From positions 384,001 to 448,000 of the forward strand of contig CBDIIB010000003.1 of the NCBI GenBank assembly GCA_965279525.1: a stretch of 64,000 nt of DNA, written 5' to 3'. Positions 1 to 10,401 of the stretch are shown here, piece after piece. The DNA comes from Tagaea sp. (lineage in GTDB: Bacteria; Pseudomonadota; Alphaproteobacteria; CACIAM-22H2). Under the pieces are notes generated by a model. The model made no database searches and was not told where the DNA came from. It saw nothing but the letters and a program-made list of their open reading frames with translations. Every line of letters begins with the position of its first letter. Within the stretch, counting starts at the first letter, position 1. Made by a program: the position numbers and the translations under genes.

Positions 1-383
1 ACGACGTGGAGATTGGAGGCGGTCCACAGGTTCGCGGGCTCCGCGAGCGATGCCGGGATCGTCGCGGCCTCCGGCGACTTGTAGCTCTCGAACAGGCTGC
101 GGAAGGCACCCAGCGTGTTTGCGCTCGAACTCCAGAAGATGTCGGCCGCGGGCTTCGCGGCTTCGGCCTCCATTCGCCGGAGGAGCACGGCGCTGCCGCC
201 GGTGACGAAGTTGAACCGCACGTTGGCAAGCCGCTGGCGTCCCACGTCGGTGATCGACTGGACGGACTGCTGGTTGTTGGAGGTGTAGACGACGGCGTTA
301 CCGGCCGCCTGCGCGAAGGCCGGCAGTGCTGCGACGGTGCCGAGCCCGGCCAGGACGGTCCGGCGGTCGAGAAGGACAGACAT
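1..383 (-). CDS. ABC transporter substrate-binding protein, Fe3+/2-AEP/sugar-phosphate (AfuA/FbpA-like) family; 3' part outside window
   Basis: Read by hand (not in ORF track): ATG at 383 after AAGGGAG RBS; MSVLLDRRTVLAGLGTVAALPAFAQAAGNAVVYTS...GGSAVLLRRMEAEAAKPAADIFWSSS; twin-Arg-like signal; follows its permease and ATPase. Confidence 0.85.
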   Translation of the reverse strand, partial: MSVLLDRRTVLAGLGTVAALPAFAQAAGNAVVYTSNNQQSVQSITDVGRQRLANVRFNFVTGGSAVLLRRMEAEAAKPAADIFWSSSANTLGAFRSLFESYKSPEAATIPASLAEPANLWTASNLHV

Positions 384-415
384 GTGTTTCTCCCTTGCTT
401 GCGAAATCGTGGGTT

Positions 416-2059
416 TCATTTTGCGGCGAACAGGTCGAGCTTGAACCAAGTCGTCGCGACAAGGATCGGGACGAGGATGATGGAAACGAGCACCAGTCCG
501 TACGCCGAGGCCTGCGCCATCAGGTTGGAATCGATGAGGCGGAAGATCTGGATCGGCAGCGTCTCCTGTCCGGCCGAGTAGACCACGACCGAAGCACTCA
601 GTTCAGCCACCGTGGTCGTCCAGACAAGCACGCCTGCGGCCGCGACGGAGGGTACCATCAACGGGAACACGACCTTGAAAAAGGTCCGCAGGGGCGGGAC
701 GCCGAGGCTGATCGAGGCGTCCTCGATGGAATTCGGGATGTTGTAGAGCGTCGAGGAGGCATTGCGGATGCCGAACGGCAGGCGGCGGATCAGGTAGGCG
801 AGGACGACGATCCCGGCACCGCCCGCCAGCGGCAGCCAGCCGCCACTGAACGAGATGACGAGCCCGATACCGAGCACGGTACCCGACAGTGCCAGCGGCA
901 GGGCGGAGAGATAGTCGATCGCGGGCGTGAGGGCATTGCGCTTCTTGACGATCAGGAAGCCGACGAGCGTGCTGACGACGAGACTGAGCGCAGTGGCGAT
1001 CCCGGCGAAGGCGAGCGTGTTCCAGATCGGATCGGCGGCGTTGAGGAACACGCGTTCGAGATTGGCGGTCGTCCAGTCGCCCCAACGCATCACGGGGCCG
1101 CGCGCACGGGTAAAGGCACCGGCGATCACCGTCACGAGCGGCAGGATCGATACGACGACGATGAAAATCGCCGCGAGCCCGATCGGCAGGGCGGCCGCTC
1201 CCGCCAGCGGGCGCGGTTTCGCACCCCGGCCCTGGACGATCTCGTATCGTCCCCGCGCCACGATCCGGCGCTGGACGAACAGGACGCAGGCAACGATGGC
1301 GATGGATGCACTTGCCAGCGTGCTCTGCATCACCGGGTTTGTGCCGACCTCCGACACGAAGCTCTGGTAGGTCAGGACGGAGAGGAGCGGCACGCTGTGT
1401 CCAAGAATTGTCGCGACGGCGAAATTGCCGACGACCAGCGTGAAAACGAGCAGGGCACTCGCGAGGATGGCCGGCATCACCACCGGCACCATGACGTTGA
1501 CGAGCGAGCGGCCGGGCGGCACGCCGAGGCTCTGCGACGCTTCCTCCAGTTGGGAGTCGAACCCTCGGATCGCGGCCAGCGTGCCGATATAGACGTAGGT
1601 GTAGTAGATGAACGTCATGACCGTGATCAGGCCGAACCAGCCATAGAAGGACGGCAGACGGTAGCCCCAGTCGGCGGCGAGCCGGGTGAGGAAGCCGTTG
1701 TTGCCGAAGACCATCAGCCACGTCTGGGCGGCAATGACCTCGGGGACGATCAGCGTGGTCATCGGCAACAGTGCGATCAGCGCCTTGCCGGCGAACGAGA
1801 AACGCGCCGTGAAGAATGCGAGAGGCACGCCGATCAGCGTCGACGTGCAGGTCACGATCGCACCCAGCAGAAGCGTGTTGACGACCGCCGCCCGGTACTT
1901 GGCGTCCGTCGCCAATGTGACCCACCCGGACTGACCGTCTGCTCCGGCAACGAGACTTGTGCCCAGCACCTTGGCGAGCGGATAGAGCAGGAACAACACG
2001 GCGAGCGCCAGCGCCAGCGCCGAAAGCCAGAACCAGACATCGCGCAGCGGCCGGGTCAC
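416..2059 (-). CDS. ABC transporter permease, FbpB/AfuB-type (two fused TM domains)
   Basis: 547 aa, hydrophobic, two EAA loops (LEEASQSLG, IEDASISLG). Confidence 0.92.
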   Translation of the reverse strand: MTRPLRDVWFWLSALALALAVLFLLYPLAKVLGTSLVAGADGQSGWVTLATDAKYRAAVVNTLLLGAIVTCTSTLIGVPLAFFTARFSFAGKALIALLPMTTLIVPEVIAAQTWLMVFGNNGFLTRLAADWGYRLPSFYGWFGLITVMTFIYYTYVYIGTLAAIRGFDSQLEEASQSLGVPPGRSLVNVMVPVVMPAILASALLVFTLVVGNFAVATILGHSVPLLSVLTYQSFVSEVGTNPVMQSTLASASIAIVACVLFVQRRIVARGRYEIVQGRGAKPRPLAGAAALPIGLAAIFIVVVSILPLVTVIAGAFTRARGPVMRWGDWTTANLERVFLNAADPIWNTLAFAGIATALSLVVSTLVGFLIVKKRNALTPAIDYLSALPLALSGTVLGIGLVISFSGGWLPLAGGAGIVVLAYLIRRLPFGIRNASSTLYNIPNSIEDASISLGVPPLRTFFKVVFPLMVPSVAAAGVLVWTTTVAELSASVVVYSAGQETLPIQIFRLIDSNLMAQASAYGLVLVSIILVPILVATTWFKLDLFAAK

Positions 2060-3123
2060 GACGCGACCACGAGCGAGCGGGCGGGATCGAAGCGCAGCGC
2101 CACGCTTGCACCTACGGCATGAGGACTTGCCTCGTCGTGCGTTTCGACCCGGATCATGCGGCCGCCGGCAGTGCTGACCTGATATGTCGTTCGGCCGCCC
2201 AGATACTGCCGGCGAATCACCGTACAGGGGACGTCGCCGGTCGTTCCGCTTTCCCGTGGGAGAAGCCGGAGAGATTCGCAGCGTGCCACCAATATGGCCT
2301 TGCCGGGGCTGAGAGCCGCCGGTGCCGTCACTTCGACCGCCGCCCCGTCGAAGTCGATGCGCGTGCGGGCTCCACCGGCGACGGCGGAGGCAAGGGCGAT
2401 TTCGAGCGTGTTCGCGGCCCCGACGAAATCGGCGACATAGGCCGACACCGGGCGGGAATAGAGTTCCTCCGGCGTGCCGACCTGCTCGATCTGTCCCTCT
2501 CTGAGCAGGCCGATGCGGTCCGAGAGCGCCAGCGCCTCCTCCTGGTCGTGCGTGACGAGGATGGTCGTGATGCCGACCTGGCGCTGGAGGTCTGCGATCG
2601 TTTCGCGCACCTGCACGCGCAGCTTGGCGTCGAGGTTCGACAGCGGCTCGTCCATCAGCAGGACGGTCGGCTTGATCGCCAGCGCGCGCGCGAGTGCCAC
2701 GCGCTGGCGCTGGCCGCCGGACAGTGCTGCCGGCATGCGGTCGGCATAGGCGCTGAGCCCGACGCGCTCGAGATATTCGCCGACCGTCGCGTTGATCGCT
2801 GCCGCGTCCGCCTTCCGGGCACGCAGGCCGTAGGCGACGTTGTCGAACACGGTCTTGTCGGGAAAGAGCGCGTAGTCCTGGAACACCATGCCGATATCGC
2901 GCCGGTAGGCGGGGAGCTGCGTCACGTCGCGGTCGCCGAAATGCAGCGTTCCGGCGCGGACCGGGACGAAGCCGGCGATCGTGCGCAGCAAGGTCGTCTT
3001 GCCGCAGCCGCTTGGCCCGAGCAGGGTGAAGAGCGAGCCGTCGGCGACGTCGAGCGTCAGGCCCGAGATGACCGGGACGGAACCGTAACCAACAACCAGA
3101 TCCGTGATGCGGATGCCTGCCAT
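2056..3123 (-). CDS. ABC transporter ATP-binding protein, FbpC/PotA-type
   Basis: [28 protein letters not shown]; start trimmed to ATG 3123 (MAGIRITD). Confidence 0.93.
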   Translation of the reverse strand: MAGIRITDLVVGYGSVPVISGLTLDVADGSLFTLLGPSGCGKTTLLRTIAGFVPVRAGTLHFGDRDVTQLPAYRRDIGMVFQDYALFPDKTVFDNVAYGLRARKADAAAINATVGEYLERVGLSAYADRMPAALSGGQRQRVALARALAIKPTVLLMDEPLSNLDAKLRVQVRETIADLQRQVGITTILVTHDQEEALALSDRIGLLREGQIEQVGTPEELYSRPVSAYVADFVGAANTLEIALASAVAGGARTRIDFDGAAVEVTAPAALSPGKAILVARCESLRLLPRESGTTGDVPCTVIRRQYLGGRTTYQVSTAGGRMIRVETHDEASPHAVGASVALRFDPARSLVVAS

Positions 3124-3124
3124 G

Positions 3125-3898
3125 TCACGTGTTCTCCCGGATGATTTCCAGCGCCGCCGCGTGCCGCCGTGCATCGCCGGCGGCGAGCACGCGCGGGCCG
3201 CTTGCCAGCGTCAGTCGATCGCCGCGCCAATCGGTGATCACGCCACCTGCCCCCTCGATGATGGGCACGAACGCGGCAAAGTCGTGGATCTTGAGGCCGG
3301 CGTCGAGTGCGATGTCAGTCCGTCCGGAGGCGAGCCGCCCGTAGCTGAGTGCGGCCCCGCCATAGATGCGCCAGGCCGTGCAGGCGCTGAGTGCCGCAAG
3401 CGCGCGCTTCTCCTGAACGTCGAAAAAGTCCGGATTGCTGGCCGACATGATGGCACCGGGGAGATCGTCGCCCGGGCGCGTGCGGCAGATGGCGCCATCG
3501 TGCGTCGTCGGCCGACCCCGGGCACCGATCCAGCGCTCGCCTGTCGCCGGGAAGTGCATCGCGCCGACGACCGGCTCGCCGCGATGGGCAAGCGCTATGA
3601 GCGTACCGTAGACCGGCATGCCGGCAACGTAGGCCGCGGTACCGTCGATCGGATCAAGAATCCAGACGAACTCCGCCGCCGGCTGTTTGGCATCGAACTC
3701 TTCGCCGAGGATGCCGTGGTCGGGATATTCGGCGGCGATCATGTCGCGCAGGCGCCGCTCGATCGCGAGATCGAGTTCGGTGACGAACGATTTGTCGGGC
3801 TTGGTCCTGGAGCCCGCCGGACCGCCGGCACCGTCCCCGATCATGGCGGCGGCCGCGTCTGCAAGACGTTCGGCGAAGCTGACGAACGCAGCGTACAT
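3125..3898 (-). CDS. Inositol monophosphatase-family phosphatase (HisN-like)
   Basis: KPDKSFVTELD, GEE, WILDPIDGT, KIHDFAA; start trimmed to ATG 3898 (MYAAFVSFAE). Confidence 0.88.
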   Translation of the reverse strand: MYAAFVSFAERLADAAAAMIGDGAGGPAGSRTKPDKSFVTELDLAIERRLRDMIAAEYPDHGILGEEFDAKQPAAEFVWILDPIDGTAAYVAGMPVYGTLIALAHRGEPVVGAMHFPATGERWIGARGRPTTHDGAICRTRPGDDLPGAIMSASNPDFFDVQEKRALAALSACTAWRIYGGAALSYGRLASGRTDIALDAGLKIHDFAAFVPIIEGAGGVITDWRGDRLTLASGPRVLAAGDARRHAAALEIIRENT

Positions 3899-3947
3899 CA
3901 GGCGGCTCCCGCATTCTTGTTGTCGATGTCGTCGTTTCGAACCTGTG

Positions 3948-4826
3948 TCAGGGGCCTGTCCACCCGAAACGAGCCGCGAGATAGTCGGGCTGGGCCGGTG
4001 CCGTAGCCGTGAATTTCTGCCAGGCCGCGTCCGACGGCAGACCGCCGAACGTGATCTGCAGTTCTTCCATGTGTACGCCGCCGGCGACGAAAACGCTTCG
4101 CAGGCCCGCCGCTGCGGCCCCGCGGATGTCGTGATCGACGGAATCGCCGACGGCGACAACGCGGTTCCAGGCGACCGGCTCGAGAATGCGGCGGCTCTCC
4201 GCGTAGACCGACGGATGCGGCTTGCCATGCCACAGGACCGTGCCGCCACGCGCCTCGTACGCCCGCGCCACGACCCCGGCGGCCTCGTTGACCCCCGTGG
4301 GCGTCAGGCGCGCGAAATCGGGGTTGGCACAGACCATGGGCAGGCGGCGCGCGAGTGACTCGTCGAGTATGTCGCTCACGGACCCGACGAGCCCGGTCGC
4401 CTGTTCGAAGCCGACGACGCAAAGGAACTCCGCGTCGGCGACCCGTCCGACCATCTCGAGGCCGAGGCCGTCGAACAGTTCGCTGTCCTGGGGGCGTGCC
4501 AGTGCGAGGCACCGCCGACCGAGCGCGCGGTGTGCCGCATCGGGCCTTGTCGCGAGTGCCTGCCGGGCGGCATCGCCGGCGGTCACCAGCCCCTGATAGA
4601 GATCGGCGGGAATACCCATCCGGGAAAGCGTGCTGCGGTTATGGGCCGACAGACGGCCGGAATTGGACAGGATGACGACCTTCTTGCCGGCGGCACGCAT
4701 GCGGGCGAGGCTTTCAGCGGCACCGTCGTAGGGATTGGTGCCGTCGTGCAGCACGCCCCATTGGTCGAGGATGAAGCCGTCGAATTCACCCGCCAGATCG
4801 GACAGGGAACCGATGCGCCGCGCCAT
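3948..4826 (-). CDS. HAD-superfamily subfamily IIA hydrolase (TIGR01459-like)
   Basis: FILDQWGVLHDG (motif I), LSNSG, CANPD, GKP, VGDSVDHDI. Confidence 0.9.
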   Translation of the reverse strand: MARRIGSLSDLAGEFDGFILDQWGVLHDGTNPYDGAAESLARMRAAGKKVVILSNSGRLSAHNRSTLSRMGIPADLYQGLVTAGDAARQALATRPDAAHRALGRRCLALARPQDSELFDGLGLEMVGRVADAEFLCVVGFEQATGLVGSVSDILDESLARRLPMVCANPDFARLTPTGVNEAAGVVARAYEARGGTVLWHGKPHPSVYAESRRILEPVAWNRVVAVGDSVDHDIRGAAAAGLRSVFVAGGVHMEELQITFGGLPSDAAWQKFTATAPAQPDYLAARFGWTGP

Positions 4827-4827
4827 G

Positions 4828-5625
4828 TCAGGTCACCTTCGAGCGGATATGGGCCGATAGCGCTTCGCTGGCGATCACGATGACGAGGATGGCGGCCAAC
4901 ACGACCACCACGCGGTCCCAGGCGAACTGGTTGATCGATGCGTAAAGCTGGAGCCCGATCCCGCCGGCGCCGACGAACCCGAGGACGCTTGATTCGCGGA
5001 CATTGATGTCCCAGCGATAGACCGATGTGCCGATCATCACCGGCATGACCTGGGGCAGGATCGCGACCGCGTAAGTCTGCAACGTGCCGGCGCCTGTCGC
5101 ACGGATGGCCTCGACAGGCCCCGGATCGGCCTCCTCGATCGCCTCGGCGACAAGCTTGGCAAGGAACCCGATTGACCGCGCGGCGACCGCCGCAATGCCG
5201 GCGACAGGGCCAGGTCCGAATATCGCGACGAACAGCAGCCCCCAGACGACGGTATTGACCGAGCGTGATGCGACCAGGATCGACCGGCCGACCAGCCAGG
5301 TCGTGCCGTTGAGCGTGGTATTTCGCGCGGCAAGGAACGCGATCGGCAGCGAGAACACGACTCCGATTGCCGTTCCGAGTGTGGCGATGTGGATCGTCTC
5401 GATGAGCGGATCCACGATGATGGCAAGATACGACCAGCGTGGCGGCCACATTCGGACGGCGAGGTCGGCCGCCTGCTCGTGCGCGTCGATGAAAAAGGCC
5501 CACTCGATCTCGAGCGCATCCACCGACCAGACGCAGGCGAACGCCACAGCGACCGTCCAGGCCCAATGCTCGGCCGACTGGCGCAGCGTGAACCGGCGCC
5601 AATGCGCGGGACTGGGCGCTTTCAT
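4828..5625 (-). CDS. phnE: PhnE/PtxC-family ABC permease
   Basis: [41 protein letters not shown]; start at ATG 5625 overlapping upstream stop. Confidence 0.88.
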   Translation of the reverse strand: MKAPSPAHWRRFTLRQSAEHWAWTVAVAFACVWSVDALEIEWAFFIDAHEQAADLAVRMWPPRWSYLAIIVDPLIETIHIATLGTAIGVVFSLPIAFLAARNTTLNGTTWLVGRSILVASRSVNTVVWGLLFVAIFGPGPVAGIAAVAARSIGFLAKLVAEAIEEADPGPVEAIRATGAGTLQTYAVAILPQVMPVMIGTSVYRWDINVRESSVLGFVGAGGIGLQLYASINQFAWDRVVVVLAAILVIVIASEALSAHIRSKVT

Positions 5626-6428
5626 CGGATGCGCCTCCGGACCCAGTCGCTGAACCATTCGCCGAAAGCGACGAGAAAAGCGATGCACAGCAGGATCGCC
5701 AGGCTGAAATCGAAGTCGTAGCGCGAGAACGAGGCGGAAAGCGTCTGGCCGATTCCGCCGGCGCCGACGATGCCGATCACGGTCGAGTGCCGCAGGTTCG
5801 CGTCGAGCCGGTAGATGATGACGCCCATCGACCGGGACAGGATCTGGGGAACGATCGCGAAGGCGACAGTCTGGCCGAACGGAGCACCGGTCGCCCGGAT
5901 CGCCTCGACCGGGCCTGGCTGGATATTCTCGATGTCTTCAGCCAGCATCTTGCCGAGGAAAATCGCGGACGACAGTGCCAAGGTCAGCAGGCCCGCAACG
6001 GCGCCGAACCCGAATAGCTTGACGAAGAAGATGGCAATTATCACCTCGTGGAACGTCCGGCCAGCAACGATGAAGCCGCGAGCCGCGACGTAAATCGGTC
6101 GGGGTGCCAGATTGCGCGCGGCACACAGCGCCAGCGGCAGGCTGAGCAATACACCCAGGACCGTCGCGGTCAGGGCCATCTGCATGCTCTCGATCATTCC
6201 ACGCGAGATGAGTTCCCAGCGCCCGAAATCGGGCGGCACCATGCGCACGAAAATGTCGGCGGCGCGCGGGATCCCAAGCAGAACGCGGTCGAGGCCTATT
6301 TCCAGGTCGCTGATCGACCAGACGACATAAAGACATGCCGCCGCAACGGCGAGGCGCTGGCGGGCAAGCGAGCCGAACAGCGGCCGCCGGCGCCAGACCG
6401 TCGGATAGGCGGAAGCCGTCGCGGTCAT
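5622..6428 (-). CDS. phnE: PhnE/PtxC-family ABC permease
   Basis: [34 protein letters not shown]. Confidence 0.88.
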   Translation of the reverse strand: MTATASAYPTVWRRRPLFGSLARQRLAVAAACLYVVWSISDLEIGLDRVLLGIPRAADIFVRMVPPDFGRWELISRGMIESMQMALTATVLGVLLSLPLALCAARNLAPRPIYVAARGFIVAGRTFHEVIIAIFFVKLFGFGAVAGLLTLALSSAIFLGKMLAEDIENIQPGPVEAIRATGAPFGQTVAFAIVPQILSRSMGVIIYRLDANLRHSTVIGIVGAGGIGQTLSASFSRYDFDFSLAILLCIAFLVAFGEWFSDWVRRRIR

Positions 6429-7264
6429 GCGCCCTCGTCGTCGGCGATGGCCGGGCCGATCGTCCGGCTCCAGTCCTCGGCTCCGTAGATCTCGGTGAGG
6501 GCTTCGGCAGACAGCATCGCGGGCAGGCCATCGAATACGACACGCCCCTCCTTTAGGCCGATCACCCGGTCGGAGAAATCGCGCGCCAGGGCCACGTCGT
6601 GGATGTTGACCAGTGCCGGAGTCCGGCTCTCGGCCGCGAGGGCGCGGATCAGCCGCATGATCTGGCGGGCAGTCTTCGGGTCGAGGCTTGCCGTCGGCTC
6701 GTCGACGAGCAGCAGGTCGGGCCGCTGCATCAAGGCGCGGGCGATGCCCACGCGCTGGCGTTGGCCGCCCGAAAGCGCGTCGGCGCGGGTATCCTGGTAT
6801 CCGGCCAGCCCGACCTTGTCGAGGAGTTCAAATGCGCCAGCAATGTCGTCCGGCGCGAAACGGCGGGTGAGCGTGGCGAACAATCCGACATGGCCGAGCC
6901 GCCCGCTCAGCACGTTCTCCATGACGGTCAGACGTTCGACCAGATTGTACTCTTGGAAGATCATGCCGATCCGCCGCCGCGCCAGCCGCAGGCCATTGCG
7001 ATCGAGCGTGGTCATGTCGACCCCACCGAGACGGATCATGCCGCCGGTCGGTTCGACGAGCCGATTGACGCAGCGGATCAGCGTGCTCTTGCCGGCACCG
7101 GACGATCCGATGATCGCGACGACACCCGGATCGGCAATATCGAAATCCACGCCGGCAAGTGCGGCCTTGCCCGTGGGATAGACCTTGTGCAGGCCCCGGA
7201 CCGATAGGAGCGGTGCGTCCGCCGGCCGGAGGCCGGCGGACGAGTCAGTTGTCGATGCAGTCAC
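6425..7264 (-). CDS. phnC: PhnC-family ABC ATP-binding protein
   Basis: [41 protein letters not shown]. Confidence 0.9.
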   Translation of the reverse strand: MTASTTDSSAGLRPADAPLLSVRGLHKVYPTGKAALAGVDFDIADPGVVAIIGSSGAGKSTLIRCVNRLVEPTGGMIRLGGVDMTTLDRNGLRLARRRIGMIFQEYNLVERLTVMENVLSGRLGHVGLFATLTRRFAPDDIAGAFELLDKVGLAGYQDTRADALSGGQRQRVGIARALMQRPDLLLVDEPTASLDPKTARQIMRLIRALAAESRTPALVNIHDVALARDFSDRVIGLKEGRVVFDGLPAMLSAEALTEIYGAEDWSRTIGPAIADDEGA

Positions 7265-7267
7265 TTT

Positions 7268-8269
7268 TCACTCGGCCTTGTTCGAGAGCTTGTTGACGCC
7301 TTCCTGGGTGTAGCTCACGCCCATCGCCTTCTGGATCGTCCGGATGTCCTTCCAGGCGTCCTTGTACGAAAGCGTCGTGAAGCCGTGGGTGTCCTTGAAC
7401 TCGGTCGCGAGTTTCGACTTCTTGAAGTCGAAGTCGATGAAGGCCTTGACGATCTTGTCCTTGAGTTCGGGCTTGAGATTGTGTGCGACACCGAAGGCCG
7501 TGCGAGGGAACGGGGCGGATTCATAGATGACCCGCAGCGCACCCTTCGGAAACATGCCGCGCGCTTCCATGCGGTCGACGACGGACGACGCGACCGGAGC
7601 GGCGTCATAGTCCTTGTTGACCACGCCCATGATCGAGTTGTCGTGCTTCCCGGAGAAGATGACCTCGTAGTCTTTCCCCGGCTCGACGCCGAGCGCCTTG
7701 AACAGCATGCGCGGTGCCGTATCGCCGGAGTTCGACGACGGAGCGACGTGCGCGACGCGCTTGCCCTTCAGATCGGCAAGCGTGCGGATCGAGCTGTCCT
7801 TGTGGGTGATGAGGCGCAGCGTGTAGCCGATGCCGGTATCGTTCTGCATCGCCGCGACCGGCACGAAACCGGCAAGATTCACGGCAAACGGGGTGGGGCC
7901 GGAAGCGACGCCCGCGATGTGCAGGCGGCCCGAGCGCATCGCCTCGACCTGTGCGGCGTAGGATTCCGCGGGGAACCAGCGGATGCGCTTGCCGGTTGCC
8001 TTGGAAAGATGCTCGAGGAAATCGGAGAACACGTTCTCGTAGACGGCCGGATCCTCGACAGGCGTGTAGGAGAAGACCAGCGTCGCCGGATCCTGGACCT
8101 GACGGGGGTCCGTCGGCAGATCGGCGAGCATGTCTCCGTCGGAGTCGCAATAGCGCACGTCGAGATCGCCGCGATTGGCGCACGTACCTTGTGCAGCGAC
8201 GGGTGCCGTCGTCAGGAATGCAAGCAGCGCGATCGTTGCACTGCCGCAAGCCAGCTTCATACCGATCAT
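7268..8269 (-). CDS. phnD: Phosphate/phosphite/phosphonate ABC substrate-binding protein (PhnD family, long N-terminal variant)
   Basis: ATG 8269 after GGAGG; signal peptide; YTPVEDPAVY, YAAQVEAMRSG, SSNSG, SGKHDNS; directly upstream of phnC-phnE-phnE. Confidence 0.85.
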   Translation of the reverse strand: MIGMKLACGSATIALLAFLTTAPVAAQGTCANRGDLDVRYCDSDGDMLADLPTDPRQVQDPATLVFSYTPVEDPAVYENVFSDFLEHLSKATGKRIRWFPAESYAAQVEAMRSGRLHIAGVASGPTPFAVNLAGFVPVAAMQNDTGIGYTLRLITHKDSSIRTLADLKGKRVAHVAPSSNSGDTAPRMLFKALGVEPGKDYEVIFSGKHDNSIMGVVNKDYDAAPVASSVVDRMEARGMFPKGALRVIYESAPFPRTAFGVAHNLKPELKDKIVKAFIDFDFKKSKLATEFKDTHGFTTLSYKDAWKDIRTIQKAMGVSYTQEGVNKLSNKAE

Positions 8270-8299
8270 TTGACTGTTCCTCCCGGGGTTGAGGTTCAA

Positions 8300-10399
8300 C
8301 TATCTCGGAAAAGCTGCCGCGATTCCGCCGTCCACGGGCAACATCGCGCCAGTCGTCTTGGACAGAGCACCGCCGACGAAGCAGAAGGCGGCGTCGGCAA
8401 CGTCTTCAGGCAACACTTCGACCGCAAGCAGGGTGCGTTGGGCATAATGCTGGGGCAGTGCATCGAGCGCAACGCCATGCGCGCGCGCCCGGTCGGCCGC
8501 CCAGCCGGCCGCCCAGATGCCAGATCCGCGGATCACGGCGTCCGGGTTGATCGTGTTGACCCGGATTCCGAACTTTCCGAGTTCGGCGGCGAGCAGACGC
8601 GCCTGGTGCGCCTGGGCGGCCTTGACGCTGCCGTAGGCGACGTTGCTTGGCCCGGCGACAACGGCGTTCTTGCTGGCGATGTAGAGGATGTCGCCACCGA
8701 GCGCCTGATGCTTCATCTGGCGCACGAAGGCCTGTGCCAGCAGCAGGGATCCGCGTGTCATCACGTCGTGCATCAGGTCGAACTGCTCGATCGCGAACGC
8801 GTCGACGTCGCCGGCGATCGACAGGCCGGCATTGTTGACGAGGATGTCGAGGCCGCCGAAGCCGAGCGAGGCCGTCTCGACGGCGCGTTCGACCGCCTTG
8901 GCATCGCGCAGGTCGGCAACGACCGTCCGGACATTGTCTGCGCCGTGAATCTTGGCGAGCTCGTTCGCCGCATCGGCGAGCTTGGCGGCGTCGATATCGA
9001 GCAGGGCGACGGCAGCGCCTTCGGCCAGAAACCGTCGTGCGATGGCAAGTCCGATCCCGTTTGCAGCACCGCTGACGAGTGCCGCGCGCCGTGCCAACGC
9101 GCGCTCGGGCGGCTGGCGCTTGAGCTTGGCTTCTTCGAGCGCCCAGTACTCGATGCCGAAGGCATCGGCCGGCGGCAGGCCCTTGTAGCCGCCAAGCCGT
9201 TCCGCACCCTCCATGACGTTCACGGCATTGGTAAAATACTCACCTGCAATTCGTGCCGTCGCTGCATCTTTGGCGAAGGTGAACATGCCGATCCCGGGCC
9301 ACAGCACGACGACCGGCTGCGGGTCGCGCATCGGAGGCGAGTCCGCCAGCGCGTGGCGCTTGTAGTAAGCGGCGTGCTCGACGGCATATGCGTCGAATAG
9401 CGGCCGCGCGAGCCCGGCAAGCGTCTTGGGGTCGCGGGTCGCTTCGGCGGGAAGCAGGAGCGGGGCGACCTTTGTGCGCAGGAAATGATCGGGACAGCTT
9501 GTTCCGATCGCCGAAAGTCGCGCTCCGTCCGCCGAGCCTGCGAAGGCGAGGATCTGCTCGCTGTCGACGAAAGCACCGATCTTGCGCGTCTGGCGCGATG
9601 CGAGCCCACGCAAGACAGGCATTGCCGCCGCGGCGACGCGGCGGCGCTCGGCGGCGTCCGGAGCGCCCTTCAACACCGAACCGCCGAATGCAGTACCCGT
9701 TGCGCGGGCCGAGAGGAACTTCACGGCACGGTTGATGAGGCCGACCGAGCGGCGATAGCAGGCCTCTGACGTGTCGGCCCACGAGATGATGCCGTGTCCA
9801 CCGAGCATGACGCCGGCCAATTTCGGATTGGCGGCGGCCAATTCGGAGATCTTCACGGCAAGCTCGAACCCGGGTCGGATCCAGCCGAGCCACCCGACCT
9901 CACCGCCGTAGATTTCCCGGGTCATCGCCTCGCCGTCGCGCGCGGCGGCAATGGCGATCACGGCGTCGGGGTGCAGGTGGTCGACATGGCGTGCCGGGAG
10001 CAGGGCATGCAGTGGCGTGTCGATCGACGGTGCTCGGCTCTTCGGGTGGAACAGGCAATGGTCATAGAAGGCGACCATCGAATCCTCATCGGCAGGGCCG
10101 CGGTAGCGGGCGCGCAGTGCCGTCAAACGGTCCATGCGTAGCTGTGCGAGGCCGTCCTTGGTCAGCGTGCCGATGTCGCCACCCGAGCCCTTGACCCACA
10201 GGACGCTGACAGGCTCGCCGGTGACAGGGTCCCGCATGTCCGCCTTGGCGCTCGTGTTGCCGCCCGCGAAGTTGGTGATCCGCAGATCGCCGCCCAGCAG
10301 GTTGGACCGGTACACGAGGAGCGCAACTTCGTCGCCTGCGAGCGTCGCGGCATGCGCATTGTTCCAGCGGTCGTCGACAGTCTGATCGATCGTTGCCAT
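8300..10399 (-). CDS. rhaD: Bifunctional rhamnulose-1-phosphate aldolase / short-chain dehydrogenase (RhaD/RhaEW)
   Basis: 699 aa; class II aldolase (NFAGGNTSAK, PSIDTPLH, HLHPD, CPDHFLRTK), IEYWALEEAKL linker, C-terminal SDR (GAANGIG, NNAG, YGSVK). Confidence 0.92.
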   Translation of the reverse strand: MATIDQTVDDRWNNAHAATLAGDEVALLVYRSNLLGGDLRITNFAGGNTSAKADMRDPVTGEPVSVLWVKGSGGDIGTLTKDGLAQLRMDRLTALRARYRGPADEDSMVAFYDHCLFHPKSRAPSIDTPLHALLPARHVDHLHPDAVIAIAAARDGEAMTREIYGGEVGWLGWIRPGFELAVKISELAAANPKLAGVMLGGHGIISWADTSEACYRRSVGLINRAVKFLSARATGTAFGGSVLKGAPDAAERRRVAAAAMPVLRGLASRQTRKIGAFVDSEQILAFAGSADGARLSAIGTSCPDHFLRTKVAPLLLPAEATRDPKTLAGLARPLFDAYAVEHAAYYKRHALADSPPMRDPQPVVVLWPGIGMFTFAKDAATARIAGEYFTNAVNVMEGAERLGGYKGLPPADAFGIEYWALEEAKLKRQPPERALARRAALVSGAANGIGLAIARRFLAEGAAVALLDIDAAKLADAANELAKIHGADNVRTVVADLRDAKAVERAVETASLGFGGLDILVNNAGLSIAGDVDAFAIEQFDLMHDVMTRGSLLLAQAFVRQMKHQALGGDILYIASKNAVVAGPSNVAYGSVKAAQAHQARLLAAELGKFGIRVNTINPDAVIRGSGIWAAGWAADRARAHGVALDALPQHYAQRTLLAVEVLPEDVADAAFCFVGGALSKTTGAMLPVDGGIAAAFPR

Positions 10400-10401
10400 A
10401 T

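Noticed and set aside
326-2122. Long antisense or alternate-frame ORFs (e.g. 326-2122 +, 7385-9400 +, 20360-22012 -, 33674-35668 -, 52396-54099 -)
   Set aside because: They overlap genes with clear family motifs, are Arg/Ala/Gly-rich and lack motifs: shadow ORFs of GC-rich codon usage.
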